A stretch of 64,000 nt of DNA, taken from IMG/VR virus record IMGVR_UViG_3300025853_000050, one strand, 5' to 3'. Origin of the DNA: a virus (taxonomy: Duplodnaviria; Heunggongvirae; Uroviricota; Caudoviricetes). Shown here in pieces: positions 63,552 through 64,000 of the stretch (position 1 is its first letter; each line of letters begins with the position of its first letter). Under the pieces are notes generated by a model that was not told where the DNA came from, made no database searches, and saw nothing but the letters and a program-made list of their open reading frames with translations. The translations under genes and the position numbers were made by a program.

Positions 63552-64000
63552 ATGCTAAATTTCAAACAATTTGTGAACCAACAACTCAAAGAACAATCCG
63601 AGTTAGAAGATGGTTTATCTGAAAATATTTTATCTGGATTATTCAAATTAGGAACCAAGTTGGCCACAAAAAAGGCCACCAAAGAAGCTTCGAAAGTGGC
63701 TAAAGAAGTTGCTCCTTCGGCCCGAGATCGCGCCATCGAAGCACTTCAACGATCAAATTTCGGTAAAGATACAAAAACTTCTAGTGGTTATGATGTTTTG
63801 GCTGCTGGAGCCAAGCTTAAACAAAAATTACGCGACCCCTCGACCAGTGGAGCTGCTGAACCAAAATCTATTGCTGGTGATATGTTAAACAAATATAAAT
63901 CAAAAGGCACTCCGAAAGCAGCAACGACGCTCAAGGCAAGCACACAAAATGTATCACCGGGCCAGGCACTCAAACCAGGTAAAAGAATGTCATCAACACC
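63552..64000 (+). CDS. hypothetical Lys/Ala-rich protein, 5' part (continues beyond window)
   Basis: ATG at 63552 (MLNFKQFVNQQLKEQ...) stays open to the window end. Confidence 0.35.
   Translation, partial: MLNFKQFVNQQLKEQSELEDGLSENILSGLFKLGTKLATKKATKEASKVAKEVAPSARDRAIEALQRSNFGKDTKTSSGYDVLAAGAKLKQKLRDPSTSGAAEPKSIAGDMLNKYKSKGTPKAATTLKASTQNVSPGQALKPGKRMSST

Overview
This window looks like a KVP40-like (schizoT4-type) myovirus genome segment, about 38% GC. T4 core genes are present: gp32 single-strand binding protein, gp59 helicase loader and a gp33-like gene, in the T4 order 33-59-32 on the minus strand. Other identifiable content includes a baseplate/tail module (gp27-like hub, gp5-like OB-fold spike), an i-/o-spanin pair, an endolysin, and the NAD+ salvage genes nadV and natV.

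Layout from left to right:
- 1-13.6 kb: a late structural module on both strands, including a 1197-aa low-complexity protein with an M23 peptidase domain.
- 13.6-22 kb: replication and early genes (gp32, gp59, gp33-like, spanins, an ArfB-like GGQ peptidyl-tRNA hydrolase).
- 22.2-28.4 kb: a hyperplastic array of about 14 near-identical cassettes, each made of a terminator hairpin, a GCGCGC box, a T4-type early promoter, a conserved leader and a tiny ORF (PeSL-like cassettes). The ORFs include paralog families. The array is flanked by four iteron-like tandem repeat arrays.
- 28.4-37.6 kb: minus-strand early genes, each behind its own early promoter with a conserved leader (GTGTATAAATTGATAAGGAG). 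They include an AAA ATPase, pstS, and an SPFH lipoprotein with a membrane partner.
- 37.6-48.7 kb: a large minus-strand tRNA cluster in three blocks (about 25 tRNA genes plus structured non-coding RNA stretches). Interspersed are a PNK-like kinase, nadV/natV and a homing-endonuclease-like gene.
- 48.7-60 kb: minus-strand early genes (dNMP-kinase-like, Tat-signal protein, PAAR-like protein, M15 endolysin, RecB-like nuclease, SleB-like hydrolase, T7-type ATP-dependent ligase, three metallophosphoesterases including a paralog pair).
- 60-64 kb: plus-strand genes including a HAD phosphatase, a tRNA-Met and a tRNA-like gene with a possible CUA anticodon.

All assignments come from manual motif recognition and synteny; no database search was possible. 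tRNA coordinates are approximate (within about 2 nt).
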